Of a DNA stretch of 64,000 bases, positions 37,342 through 46,049 are shown one piece after another (position 1 is the first letter of the stretch; each line of letters begins with the position of its first letter). The stretch spans positions 7,613 to 71,612 of the forward strand of contig NJBK01000009.1 of assembly GCA_005223035.1 (NCBI GenBank), given 5' to 3'. A program made the translations under genes and the position numbers. The notes beneath the pieces are model-generated. The model saw only the letters and a program-made list of their open reading frames with translations. It was not told the DNA's origin and did no database searches. The DNA is from Chloroflexi bacterium B3_Chlor (GTDB lineage: Bacteria > Chloroflexota > Anaerolineae > UBA7937 > B3-Chlor).

Positions 37342-37370
37342 ATTCTACCACGACCAGTCACTATGAGCAA
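37342..37370 (-). promoter_or_regulatory. Candidate promoter of the 975-aa gene (TTGCTC-17-TAGAAT, TGn-extended)
   Basis: Minus strand ttgctc (37370-37365), 17-nt spacer, tagaat (37347-37342) preceded by gtgg. Confidence 0.4.
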
Positions 37371-37726
37371 ATGTAAGCCAGCCTACTGAAAGGTCGCCCA
37401 CCAGCCTGATGGCTGCCCGTTCATGGCAGATGCACGCGTTCGCATCAATTGACTGGCTGCGCATCAACCAAGAACCGCAAAGGCTTGTCGTCTTTGGGCA
37501 GACGGTCCCTACTCTGGGACACACGTCACGATATTGTAGCCTGGTACTCACCCGCTGTCAAATGCAGCAAGTGCTAGCCCAAGGTCCAGCACTGGGCCCG
37601 CCCAGAGACGACGTCCTGAATCGAGTGACGGTCCTGTCCTCAACGTGGCCGTTAGAGACGAATGATCATCCGTGGTTCCGTCGGAGGTTGGCCACGGGGG
37701 CAAGTGGGTGCCGGTACGTCGCCGAG

Positions 37727-37755
37727 TTGCGCAGAATCCACTTACATGTGATAAT
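37727..37755 (+). promoter_or_regulatory. Candidate promoter of the PPIase gene (TTGCGC-17-GATAAT, TGn-extended)
   Basis: ttgcgc 37727-37732; tgt+gataat 37747-37755. AAAGGAGG RBS at 37781-37788 precedes the ATG at 37793. Confidence 0.45.
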
Positions 37756-37792
37756 AGATGGCTGGACGCCAGTCTATGGGAAAGGAGGCTGC

Positions 37793-38695
37793 ATGATGAG
37801 AAGGGTCATCTGCTCGATGGCTCTCGCGTTGGCGATAGGCAGTGCCATCTTGGTCGGTTGCGGCGGCGAGACACCTTCCCCGGGTGCGCCGGAAGCTACA
37901 GCCACTACTGGTGAAGGGTTGGCAGCTGTGGTCAACGGCGAGCCCATAACCATGGAAGATTACCAGAGACAGGTTGATCAAGTTGAGGCCTTTTTCCAAC
38001 AGGAAGGTCTGGATTTGGAGAGCGAGGAAGGCCGGGAGAGGTTGGCACAGGCTCGGCGCCAGGTGTTGGAGCAGATGATTGACCAAGAATTGATAGGGCA
38101 GGCAGCTGTCGAGATGGATGTGAGCATCTCTGACACGGAGCTGGAATCCAACATCCAAGACATTGTCGAGCAATCCGGGGGAGAGGAGCCGTTCAACCAA
38201 TCCTTGCAAGCCACTGAGACGAGCTATGATGACTTCCGACAGATGTTGCTGGATCAACTACTAAGCGAGGCTGTATTCAACGCTATCACCGGCTCTATCA
38301 GCTCAGTCACGGAGCAAGTCCACGCGCGACATATCCTCCTGCCCACAAAGGAGAGGGCGGAGGAAGTCCTGACGAGACTTCAGGGAGGAGAGGATTTTGC
38401 GTTTCTAGCCAGAGAATACTCCGAGGACATCAGTTCCAGGGAAAGTGGGGGGGACGTGGGCTTTTTCCCCCGCGGAGTCATGCCACCGGAGGTCGAGGAC
38501 GCTGCTTTCAGCTTGGATGTTGGAGAGATCAGCGAGATAATAGAATCCCCCTTTGGGTTTCACATCGTCCAAGTGTTGGAGAAGGAGGAGCGTGAGATCG
38601 CGGTCGAGATATTCGAGAACCTGCGACAACAGACTTTCATGAAATGGCTGCAGGGGCGAAGGGAAAACGCCACCATAGAGCGTTTTGTTGAGTAG
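37793..38695 (+). CDS. Peptidyl-prolyl cis-trans isomerase lipoprotein (PrsA/SurA-like, parvulin domain)
   Basis: Lipobox ILVGCGG. SurA-like N-domain; parvulin core HARHILL..A..VL..L..GEDFAFLAREYSED.SSRESGGDVGFF..G.M..E.E.AAF.L..GEIS.IIESPFGFHIV. Strong RBS at 37781. The 37409 ORF start has no support. Confidence 0.85.
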   Translation: MMRRVICSMALALAIGSAILVGCGGETPSPGAPEATATTGEGLAAVVNGEPITMEDYQRQVDQVEAFFQQEGLDLESEEGRERLAQARRQVLEQMIDQELIGQAAVEMDVSISDTELESNIQDIVEQSGGEEPFNQSLQATETSYDDFRQMLLDQLLSEAVFNAITGSISSVTEQVHARHILLPTKERAEEVLTRLQGGEDFAFLAREYSEDISSRESGGDVGFFPRGVMPPEVEDAAFSLDVGEISEIIESPFGFHIVQVLEKEEREIAVEIFENLRQQTFMKWLQGRRENATIERFVE

Positions 38696-38731
38696 AGTGG
38701 AGACCGAGCAGATCTGGACGTGCAACCGTGG

Positions 38732-38760
38732 TAGACAAAGCCTTGTTGATCTGCTATACT
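38732..38760 (+). promoter_or_regulatory. Candidate promoter (TAGACA-17-TATACT)
   Basis: tagaca 38732-38737; tatact 38755-38760; upstream of the 38811 gene. Confidence 0.4.
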
Positions 38761-38810
38761 TGATCAGCGCGGGGCGCGTGTCATGGGGACTCGTCGTGCA
38801 ACTGGAGTAG

Positions 38811-40154
38811 GTGATGATTCTGAAGACTTCGTTGGCTCGGGGGCGAACCCCTCTCTTTCGGGTAATCCTTGGGCTCTTGGTGCTACTGATCGTGACTGGC
38901 CTGGTGAGTGGAGGAGCCTATTTGTACCTCCGTTTCAGGAGACCATCTGGGTGGAGCAATCCAGTTCAGCAGCTACGCACTGATAGGGTAGACCCTTCTT
39001 TGGCCTTATCGTCGCTGGCTAGGGTAGGCGATGTGGAGGTGGTGAATCGTGCCCTGGAGGAGGGAGAATTGGAGACAGGATACGTCACTGTCCTTTTCAA
39101 TACTCGGCTTACCGACAGAGAGCATATCGGGAACCTACTTCTCCTCGCGGAAGGTTATGCCACGACCGGAGACAACACGCGGGCACAGCTCTGCTATCAG
39201 CAGGCGGGTCTGATAGCAACCTTGAGCCCGACCCTGTCCGATTTTGGGAGAGCCAATTCTTTCCTGGAAATGGGGGAAGGGCTGGCAGAACTGGGTAACC
39301 GGGGAGAGGCGCTTTCCAACTATGACCAAGCCTACACAGTGGCTGTGCATAGCCCGTTCATGAAGGACCCGCATCGGGCTGATGTGTTGGGCCAGCTAGC
39401 CGCAGAGTACGAGGCGCTCGGTGAGAACACAAAGGCCAGTGAGAGCTCAGCTTTGCGGGCAGAGATCTTATACACCACCGGCGAGCCAGAGGATGACGCA
39501 GAGCATGCCCCGGAGCAACCCATTGCCCTCTTTCTCATGGAGGTTCCTGAGCCAACTGCGGCGATGGTAGCTTCTTACGAGCAGAGGCGTGTGCAAACAG
39601 TTCTAGAGCTCATCGATTTCTTGCAGAGCGCGGCCGCAGGAGAGCCGATACCACAAGACCTTGCGACCGAGGTTACTCAGGCTCTGGTGAATGAAGACAA
39701 CGCGCGTAGAACCGCCTACGAAGAGCAACTGGCCGCAGCATCCTCAATGGTGCTCAAGATAGGCATAGGCGAGGCGAGGGTTAACTGGTTGGCACTCAAG
39801 CACCGCATCGCTTTGGGCGGGTACGGGCTCCAATTGGTGCCTGCATGGGCCGATGATCTGGCTGATATCGAGGCCGAACTCGGTGCCGCTCACCGGGAGC
39901 TTCACGGTATCTACGGTGAGCAAATCTCCACGTTCAGTGATGATACGGCCAAGGACCGGGCCTGGTTCGATGTTCTTCGGCTTGAGATCCAGCAGGGAAG
40001 GTTGGGACTCTATCCCGACTACCCGGAGGAGGAACTGATTTCTCAGTTGGTGGAAGTGACGGAAAGGCTTACTGCGTCGGGGGATCTACTGCTGCATCCG
40101 GAGGTTCTTCACGAGAACGATACGCCGCTCTTCAGCTTGGCTTGGGCTGAGTAG
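38811..40154 (+). CDS. Membrane-anchored helical-repeat (TPR-like) protein, function unknown
   Basis: 447 aa, one N-terminal TM (FRVILGLLVLLIVTGLVSGGAYLYL), then alpha-helical repeat-like sequence (..AEGYATTGDNTRAQLCYQQA.., LGNRGEALSNYDQAY..). Confidence 0.5.
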   Translation: MMILKTSLARGRTPLFRVILGLLVLLIVTGLVSGGAYLYLRFRRPSGWSNPVQQLRTDRVDPSLALSSLARVGDVEVVNRALEEGELETGYVTVLFNTRLTDREHIGNLLLLAEGYATTGDNTRAQLCYQQAGLIATLSPTLSDFGRANSFLEMGEGLAELGNRGEALSNYDQAYTVAVHSPFMKDPHRADVLGQLAAEYEALGENTKASESSALRAEILYTTGEPEDDAEHAPEQPIALFLMEVPEPTAAMVASYEQRRVQTVLELIDFLQSAAAGEPIPQDLATEVTQALVNEDNARRTAYEEQLAAASSMVLKIGIGEARVNWLALKHRIALGGYGLQLVPAWADDLADIEAELGAAHRELHGIYGEQISTFSDDTAKDRAWFDVLRLEIQQGRLGLYPDYPEEELISQLVEVTERLTASGDLLLHPEVLHENDTPLFSLAWAE

Positions 40155-40202
40155 CCGGAGAGCATCCTAATGAGTGGCGATGTGGAAAGGGGGTAAGGCG
40201 CG

Positions 40203-40937
40203 ATGTTGAGTCGGATAAGTGATAGGATGGCTCTACTGGCGACCATCATCATTCTAGTACTCACCGTTATGACCTGCCTGTGCTACCTGACCGTTTTCAT
40301 AAACCCGCGGATGCCGCTAAACCCTTTTCCTCCGCCGTCCGAGGTAACGGCGACGCCTACTCGCACGACCGAAGCACCATCGGCCCCCACCTTCCCTCCA
40401 ACATGGACGCCCACTCTTACGGCAACGCCGACAGATACCCCGCTGCCGACCGACACGCCAACCTTAACGCCTACTCCGACGGAGACGTCAACCCCGACTT
40501 TCACGCCAGCCCCGACATGGACGCCGCGGCCGCCGGCCACCGCGACGCCTACCCATACTCCATCGCCCAGCCCGACCCCCTGGCCGTATTTACAGCACGG
40601 GTATACCTACATGCTCCCTAACGACAAGAACGAGGCCGGATGTGACTGGTTGGGTGTCGGAGGCCAGGTCTATGATGCCCAGGGCATCGCGGTACCGGGT
40701 GTCACAGTCAGGTGTTGGAGTGGGACATGGGAAGGTACAAGCGTATCTGGGCAGCACCCGGAGTATGGTTCGGCTGGCTGGGAGGTATATCTCTACGATC
40801 AGCCGAGGGACGAGACTTGGTCCTGTCAGATTGCGCAGGGAGGTGTAGGGGTATGTCCTGCGGTCGTATTCACTACAACGACCCAGAATGGCTGCAATCA
40901 GAACTCGGTTCGCATAGATTTCAAGAAAACCTCGTAG
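40203..40937 (+). CDS. Membrane-anchored hypothetical protein with ~85-aa Pro/Thr linker and small Cys-containing beta domain
   Basis: TM LLATIIILVLTVMTCLCYLTVF. Linker TPTRTTEAPSAPTFPPTWTPTLTATPTDTPLPTDTPTLTPTPTETSTPTFTPAPTWTP.. C-terminal GVGGQVYDAQGIAVPGVTVRCW is carboxypeptidase-regulatory-like. Confidence 0.55.
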   Translation: MLSRISDRMALLATIIILVLTVMTCLCYLTVFINPRMPLNPFPPPSEVTATPTRTTEAPSAPTFPPTWTPTLTATPTDTPLPTDTPTLTPTPTETSTPTFTPAPTWTPRPPATATPTHTPSPSPTPWPYLQHGYTYMLPNDKNEAGCDWLGVGGQVYDAQGIAVPGVTVRCWSGTWEGTSVSGQHPEYGSAGWEVYLYDQPRDETWSCQIAQGGVGVCPAVVFTTTTQNGCNQNSVRIDFKKTS

Positions 40938-41211
40938 ACACCGTCGAGCTCCGTTGGTTCAATTCAGTGGTTCGGCCATGCGCCCTACGGTGGCTCCTGC
41001 GTTGGCATGAGTGACAGGCTAGTTGACCTTATGGCACGCACCTGGCCGCTTCCAAGCGATGTCTTGGTGCCGCCGATTGAGCCCCGTTTGGAGTCATTCT
41101 TGCTTTCCGCCCAATGCGGATGCACGCCCCTGGGGCCAACCCGCGTGACTCTGCACCCACTGGCCCAAAGCCAGATGCCGGCATAATCGAGGATTCGTCC
41201 TGTCTCAAGAG

Positions 41212-42249
41212 CTACTCTTCCGGGCGAGAGGAGAAGATCTGCTGCACCACCTCTCGGATCTTGTCACGCTTGGGGAAGAGCACATCGGCCCCATTGTCCA
41301 GAACGATGGGTACGGTCATGGTTTCATCAATGACCGCAAAGCGGATGTCTTCGGCGTCTATCTGCGGGGCGATTTGGGCCAAGCTAATGACCTCGCCCAG
41401 TTGCAGGTTCGTTTTCACCGTGTGGCTCATAGTCTGCGCCAGCAGCGGTATTCTGGGTATCAGTTCGAGCCGTAGCGCCTTTTCCCTTATGGCCAACAGC
41501 ACCTGCAGCTGCCGGCGCAACCGGTCGAAATCTGTGCCCCCGTGGCGAGTTCGAGCGTACTGCAGAGCCATCCGTCCGTTCATTACCTGGACCCCGGCGG
41601 GGATATGCACCGTTGCATAACCATATTGCCCGTCGGGATATCTGTAGTCCCATATCTCCTCTTCTACGTTGATGGTAATGCCCCCAAGATAGTCAACTAT
41701 CTCCCTGAAGCCCTGAAAGTTGATGCGGATGTAGTAGTGAATCGGAACGCCAAAGTTGTACTCGAGGGTTTTCATCGTCAGGCCAGGGCCTTCGCCTGGA
41801 TAGTCGTAGGCGTCTCCCAGAAAGTGGGCCATGTTGATGCGCCTCTCCCCATAGCCAGGTATCTCAACGTATAGGTCGCGTGGGATAGACAGCGCGCCAG
41901 CGGTCATGCTCTTTGGATCTACGGTGACCATGATCATGGTGTCGGATCGCCAAGGACCTTCCTCTCTGGGCCGCTGATCGACGCCCAGCAGTAGGATGTT
42001 CACCCGTTCCTTTTGGCTCCAATCTGGCACACTGTCCGGCCGTGGACCTGAGTCACCGATGACGGGCAGTTCGACACCGGGCGAGATAGGGGAGTACGCG
42101 GAGATATCCCTCACTGAGGTGTAGAAGAGGTAGGCACACCCTAGCCCCCCTATCAGAAAGAGAGTGTATACGCCGCTTCCTAGTACCCTGAGAACGTAGT
42201 TCTTTCTTCCGTCTTTGAGCATTGAGTTCTGCTGCTTCTCGGATGGCAT
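41212..42249 (-). CDS. LytR-CpsA-Psr (LCP) family cell-wall glycopolymer ligase
   Basis: N-terminal TM; INILLLGVDQRPREEGPWRSDTMIMVTVDP, LSIPRDLYVEIPGYG..RINMA, INFQGFREIVDYLGGI, ALQYARTRHG. Confidence 0.88.
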   Translation of the reverse strand: MPSEKQQNSMLKDGRKNYVLRVLGSGVYTLFLIGGLGCAYLFYTSVRDISAYSPISPGVELPVIGDSGPRPDSVPDWSQKERVNILLLGVDQRPREEGPWRSDTMIMVTVDPKSMTAGALSIPRDLYVEIPGYGERRINMAHFLGDAYDYPGEGPGLTMKTLEYNFGVPIHYYIRINFQGFREIVDYLGGITINVEEEIWDYRYPDGQYGYATVHIPAGVQVMNGRMALQYARTRHGGTDFDRLRRQLQVLLAIREKALRLELIPRIPLLAQTMSHTVKTNLQLGEVISLAQIAPQIDAEDIRFAVIDETMTVPIVLDNGADVLFPKRDKIREVVQQIFSSRPEE

Positions 42250-42478
42250 ACGGCGACTGGTCGCCGGCGGCTATTATACCATGTCCAGTCTTGCAGGGCA
42301 ACGGGGGCAGGCCTGGCAGGGGGTGGACGGCCCGAATCAAGTGGCGGCAACGAGTGTCCTACGCATCTTCCGGGAGAGGATTCAGGCTGAACTTGCCTCC
42401 TGACAGAGCTTCGGCTTCCAACCTGGCACGGTCCACCGCGGAGGTGCCCAGCCGAGCTAGTTCGTGGCGAACTATCGA

Positions 42479-42508
42479 TTGCCAAACAGGGACAAGATTT
42501 GGTACAAT
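42479..42508 (+). promoter_or_regulatory. Candidate promoter of AAA+ gene (TTGCCA-18-TACAAT, TGn-extended)
   Basis: ttgcca 42479-42484; tgg+tacaat 42500-42508. AGGAGG RBS lies 9 nt before the ATG at 42539. Confidence 0.45.
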
Positions 42509-42538
42509 ACAGCAGAGTCGCCAGCAGGAGGTGTGGAT

Positions 42539-43822
42539 ATGGAGTACGTCAAGAGTTTGCTTCTCGAGCCTCACTCCATAGAGGAGACGGGGATGAGTAG
42601 GGCCTTCTTGAGCGACTTGGCTTTGAAGACCATATACTCAGTTGGTGAACTGAACGGTCAGGCCGTTGCTGAGCAGCTAAGGCTTCCCTTCAGCGGGGTG
42701 GTGGAAGATGCTCTGACCTTCCTCAAACGGGAACAACTCGTCAGCATAACCGGTAGCAGAGGCTTCGATGAGAGGGCTTTTCGCTACTCTATCGCATCTG
42801 CTGGCATCGAGCGCGTGCGAGAGGCCCTGAACCGTAGCCAGTACGTTGGGTCCGCTCCGGTGACTTTGGACGCCTATCAGAAGGTGATGAGAAGTCAGAC
42901 CATAGGAGGAGTTGTCGTCAGCCAGGAGCAAGTTAGCGAAGCTCTGTCTCATCTCGTAGTCAGTTCCCCCATGTTGATGAGGATAGGTCCGGCGGTCAAT
43001 TCGGGCCGGTCCATCTTCTTGTTTGGCCCTCCTGGCAATGGGAAGACCGTAATCGCTAGGGCGATGGCTTCTATGCTTGGGGGAGAGATATACATTCCGT
43101 ATGCTGTGGAGGTCGACGGACATATCATCAAGGTATTTGACGATTTGAGTCACCAGCCCGTGGAGGCCGTGGACCAGGGGGCCTCCGGGCTACCTGAAGT
43201 AGGTCGTCTTGATAGGCGCTGGATATTGATACAGAGGCCAATAGTAGTGGCGGGGGGCGAACTCACGTTGGAAAGCCTGGACTTGGTCTACGATGATACG
43301 TCCAAGTACTACGAAGCCCCTTTCCAGATGAAAGCTAACGCGGGGATGTTTCTGATTGACGACTTTGGCAGACAGCAGGTTCGGCCCAGGGACCTGTTGA
43401 ATCGGTGGATTGTTCCGCTGGAGACCAGGGTCGATTACCTGACCTTGCACACCGGGAAGAAGATCGAGATACCTTTTGACCAACTGATAGTGTTTTCGAC
43501 GAATATCGATCCCAAGGCCCTGGTCGACGAGGCTTTCTTGCGGCGTATTCGTCACAAGATAGAAGTAGCCAACCCAACCGAGCGTGAGTTCTACGAGATT
43601 TTCAAGCGCGTAGCCGCTGAGCGGGATGTTCCCTTCGACCAAGAGGCTTTCATGTATCTGCTGCGCGAATACTACTTGAAGGTGAAGCGCGAGTTGAGGT
43701 GCGTTCATCCCCGCGATATCGTGGATCAGATAGTTGATATAGCCTGCTATCAAGGCGTGGAACCTGCCTTGACGAAGGAATTGATAGATCAGGCCTGCAA
43801 GTCGTACTTCGTGGAGCTATAG
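42539..43822 (+). CDS. AAA+ ATPase with N-terminal wHTH-like domain, subfamily not recognised
   Basis: Walker A LFGPPGNGKTVIARAMA, Walker B MFLIDDFGRQ, sensor-1 VFSTN, Arg finger AFLRRI. The ~170-aa N-terminal region (LSDLALKTIY..GQAVAEQLRLPFSGVVEDALTFLKREQLV) looks winged-helix-like. Confidence 0.75.
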   Translation: MEYVKSLLLEPHSIEETGMSRAFLSDLALKTIYSVGELNGQAVAEQLRLPFSGVVEDALTFLKREQLVSITGSRGFDERAFRYSIASAGIERVREALNRSQYVGSAPVTLDAYQKVMRSQTIGGVVVSQEQVSEALSHLVVSSPMLMRIGPAVNSGRSIFLFGPPGNGKTVIARAMASMLGGEIYIPYAVEVDGHIIKVFDDLSHQPVEAVDQGASGLPEVGRLDRRWILIQRPIVVAGGELTLESLDLVYDDTSKYYEAPFQMKANAGMFLIDDFGRQQVRPRDLLNRWIVPLETRVDYLTLHTGKKIEIPFDQLIVFSTNIDPKALVDEAFLRRIRHKIEVANPTEREFYEIFKRVAAERDVPFDQEAFMYLLREYYLKVKRELRCVHPRDIVDQIVDIACYQGVEPALTKELIDQACKSYFVEL

Positions 43823-43862
43823 GTTCCCGCCAGATAGGCTGTTTGAGGGTCGCTGCACACGT

Positions 43863-43899
43863 GATGCTCCAACCCTGAAGGTCTCGGGCTTGGAGCATC
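43863..43899. terminator. Hairpin between convergent genes (possible bidirectional terminator)
   Basis: Perfect 10-bp stem gatgctccaa / ttggagcatc (43863-43872 / 43890-43899) with a 17-nt loop. T-tract is weak. Confidence 0.45.
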
Positions 43900-43922
43900 T
43901 GATTTCCAAGAACACACCCGCA

Positions 43923-44801
43923 TCAGAACTGCCTAAGGATCTCGACCTCCTGCACCCGCTTTTCCCCTTTGTCCTCGAGCAACCAGTTCAAGTTCTTCTG
44001 GAGTCCCTGTTCTAACCTGCTCAGCTTCTCAGACTCTTGGAGGGCGATGACCTGGAAGAGAGCAGTCAGAGTCGCGGTCAGAGAGGCGACCGAGGGTATG
44101 CCCGTGGTCGATTCTCCCGGACAGACCATGATCAAGTCGGCGGTCGAAGCGGTAGGCGATGTGTGAGAAGTAGTCAGCCCGATCGTCTTCGCCCCTCGAG
44201 ACCGCGCGAGCCGTAGTATCAGCGCCGTATCGTCGTGGAGAGCCGAGAGGCTCACACCGACAACCACGTCTTGTTCCGTCAGGGTGGAAAGACTCATGAG
44301 GGCACCTAGCTGTTCTGTAGCCACAAGTTGGGCTGGTATCCCCAGCAAAGAGCGGAGATGCGACACGAAAATCCCGGCTGGGCCCTTGGCCAGGCCCTGT
44401 GCAACGACGTAGACATTACTGGCTGCACGTACGACCGAGACGACTGCGGTCACCGTTTCTCCCCGCACATGGGTCATCGCCCGCTCTAGATTCTCTCTCT
44501 CCTGCGCCAAGGCTTGCATGAAAAGGCCTTGCTCATCAGCCGTCTCCACGGGAGGATTGTAAGCTACTCTGAGTTCCTTCTTGACCATTGTTTGAATCTC
44601 ACGCAGCAGTTCCGGATAACCTGCGTAACCCAGCCTTTGCGCGAACCTGGTCACCGTAGCCGGATCCACCTCGAGCCGTTGTGACAGCGCGAAAGCGTTG
44701 ATGAAGGCTGCCTCATGGTATTCCTGGGTCAAGAAGTCGGCGATTTTCTTTTGGTTCCTTCCAAGTCGAGCATAGTGTTGAGCGATCTTCTCTTGGAACA
44801 T
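43923..44801 (-). CDS. MurR/RpiR family transcriptional regulator (HTH_6 + SIS domain)
   Basis: NQKKIADFLTQEYHEAAFINAFALSQRLEVDPATVTRFAQRLGYAGYPEL, then a SIS domain (VYVVAQGLAKGPAGIF.., DVVVGVSLS.., AKTIGLT). Confidence 0.85.
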   Translation of the reverse strand: MFQEKIAQHYARLGRNQKKIADFLTQEYHEAAFINAFALSQRLEVDPATVTRFAQRLGYAGYPELLREIQTMVKKELRVAYNPPVETADEQGLFMQALAQERENLERAMTHVRGETVTAVVSVVRAASNVYVVAQGLAKGPAGIFVSHLRSLLGIPAQLVATEQLGALMSLSTLTEQDVVVGVSLSALHDDTALILRLARSRGAKTIGLTTSHTSPTASTADLIMVCPGESTTGIPSVASLTATLTALFQVIALQESEKLSRLEQGLQKNLNWLLEDKGEKRVQEVEILRQF

Positions 44802-44952
44802 GGAAAACTCCCTTTCGTGGTTTCAAGAAACGTCCCCTGTCCCTCGTCAAGGCCTATTCTAACACCTATTGCGAGGCGCTGCAAATGATGCTCGATGGTT
44901 TTGTTCTCAACAGGCGAGCTGTGAAGTTGACATAAGGTCTCGGGGACATCGC

Positions 44953-44981
44953 TTGACAGGTTCGCTAGTCTGCAATATCAT
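44953..44981 (+). promoter_or_regulatory. Candidate promoter (TTGACA-17-TATCAT)
   Basis: ttgaca 44953-44958; tatcat 44976-44981; upstream of the deacetylase gene. Confidence 0.45.
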
Positions 44982-45017
44982 CTTACAGCGTAGTTGCGAG
45001 GTTGCGAGGGGGGAGCG

Positions 45018-46049
45018 TTGCCAGGATTGCTACATCGATTCAGCGTACGGCGTGGCGTATTGGTGTTATTGTTGAGCTTGCTTGTCGTTGGAACTGCGGT
45101 GCTTGTGCAAGCTGAAGTAGAAGGCGGGGAACCGACGTTCGGCTCTCAGACGGGAGCAGACGCTGGTACTGGCGTGTCGCACGTCGTGACTCTCTCTGAA
45201 CGAGTCATTCCATTCGCGAAGCGGCGGCCCTTGCATGTGCCGACTCCTGTGTCCACGGTGACTTCCTCTGTCATGTCGATGTCAACGCCGATTCGCATGT
45301 TGCTGCCATCCCCTACCTCCGTTCCTCTACCCACTCCCGATGGGACCACTCGCCGAATTGTGGTCCCCATTCTGATGTATCACCATGTCGCCGTCGCTGG
45401 ACCAGATGCTGATGCCATCCGGCGCGATCTGTCGGTGTCGCCTGCCGCTTTCGAGGCCCAACTGCGCTACTTGATAGCGCGTGGGTATCAGCCAACAACG
45501 CTCACGGCTCTGATGATGCACCTTCAGGTGGGCGAGCCATTGCCGTCCAACCCAGTAATCCTAACGTTTGATGATGGTTTCAAGGATCAGTTCACAAATG
45601 CCTACCCCCTGCTCAAGAGACACGGCTTCGTGGGCAGCTTCTTTGTCATCACGGGCTTTGCCGACGAGGGTCGGGAAGAACACATGTCTTGGACTGAAAT
45701 AGCATTTCTGCACGCCAATGGGATGGAGATAGGAAGCCACAGCTACACCCATCCCAGCCTGAGAGGCAAATCTTTCGACTACATTGTCTGGCAAGTGCTG
45801 GGCTCCAAGGAGGCTATAGAGGCTCGTACGCACGAGCCGGTGCGCTTCTTTTCATACCCTTCGGGACAATATGATCAGCGGGTCGTGGACGTACTCAGGT
45901 CGGCTGGATACTGGGGCGCGGTCACTTTGGAGGCAGGTTCGCTACAGTCATCGCAGCGACCGTTCGAGTTCAGGCGGATCCGAGTCCGAGGAACATATGA
46001 CTTGAAGGATTTTGATCACTGGTTCAATCATTGGCTCGCGAATCCGTGA
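45018..46049 (+). CDS. Polysaccharide deacetylase (NodB homology, CE4) with signal-anchor
   Basis: VPILMYHHV, VILTFDDGFKDQ (catalytic Asp pair), HGFVGSFFV, GMEIGSHSYTHP (His-His metal site). Start is uncertain: TTG 45018 follows a G-rich RBS; the ORF track start is TTG 44994. Confidence 0.85.
   Translation: MPGLLHRFSVRRGVLVLLLSLLVVGTAVLVQAEVEGGEPTFGSQTGADAGTGVSHVVTLSERVIPFAKRRPLHVPTPVSTVTSSVMSMSTPIRMLLPSPTSVPLPTPDGTTRRIVVPILMYHHVAVAGPDADAIRRDLSVSPAAFEAQLRYLIARGYQPTTLTALMMHLQVGEPLPSNPVILTFDDGFKDQFTNAYPLLKRHGFVGSFFVITGFADEGREEHMSWTEIAFLHANGMEIGSHSYTHPSLRGKSFDYIVWQVLGSKEAIEARTHEPVRFFSYPSGQYDQRVVDVLRSAGYWGAVTLEAGSLQSSQRPFEFRRIRVRGTYDLKDFDHWFNHWLANP

Noticed and set aside
40326-40583. Periodic short DNA repeats (ACG CCN ACN CCG ...), also at 25458-25550, 13358-13477, 32362-32538, 33902-34063 and 35345-35480, that superficially resemble tandem or CRISPR-like repeats
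   Set aside because: They are in-frame Pro/Thr linker coding sequence. There is no repeat-spacer periodicity of 25-40 nt, no leader and no cas genes.
46024-46049. Convergent gene-end overlaps (26 nt folK/deacetylase; 30 nt at 29308-29337; 12 nt at 5004-5015) as possible antisense regulatory devices
   Set aside because: Short 3'-end overlaps are common in compact genomes. Nothing in the sequence beyond the overlap itself suggests regulation.
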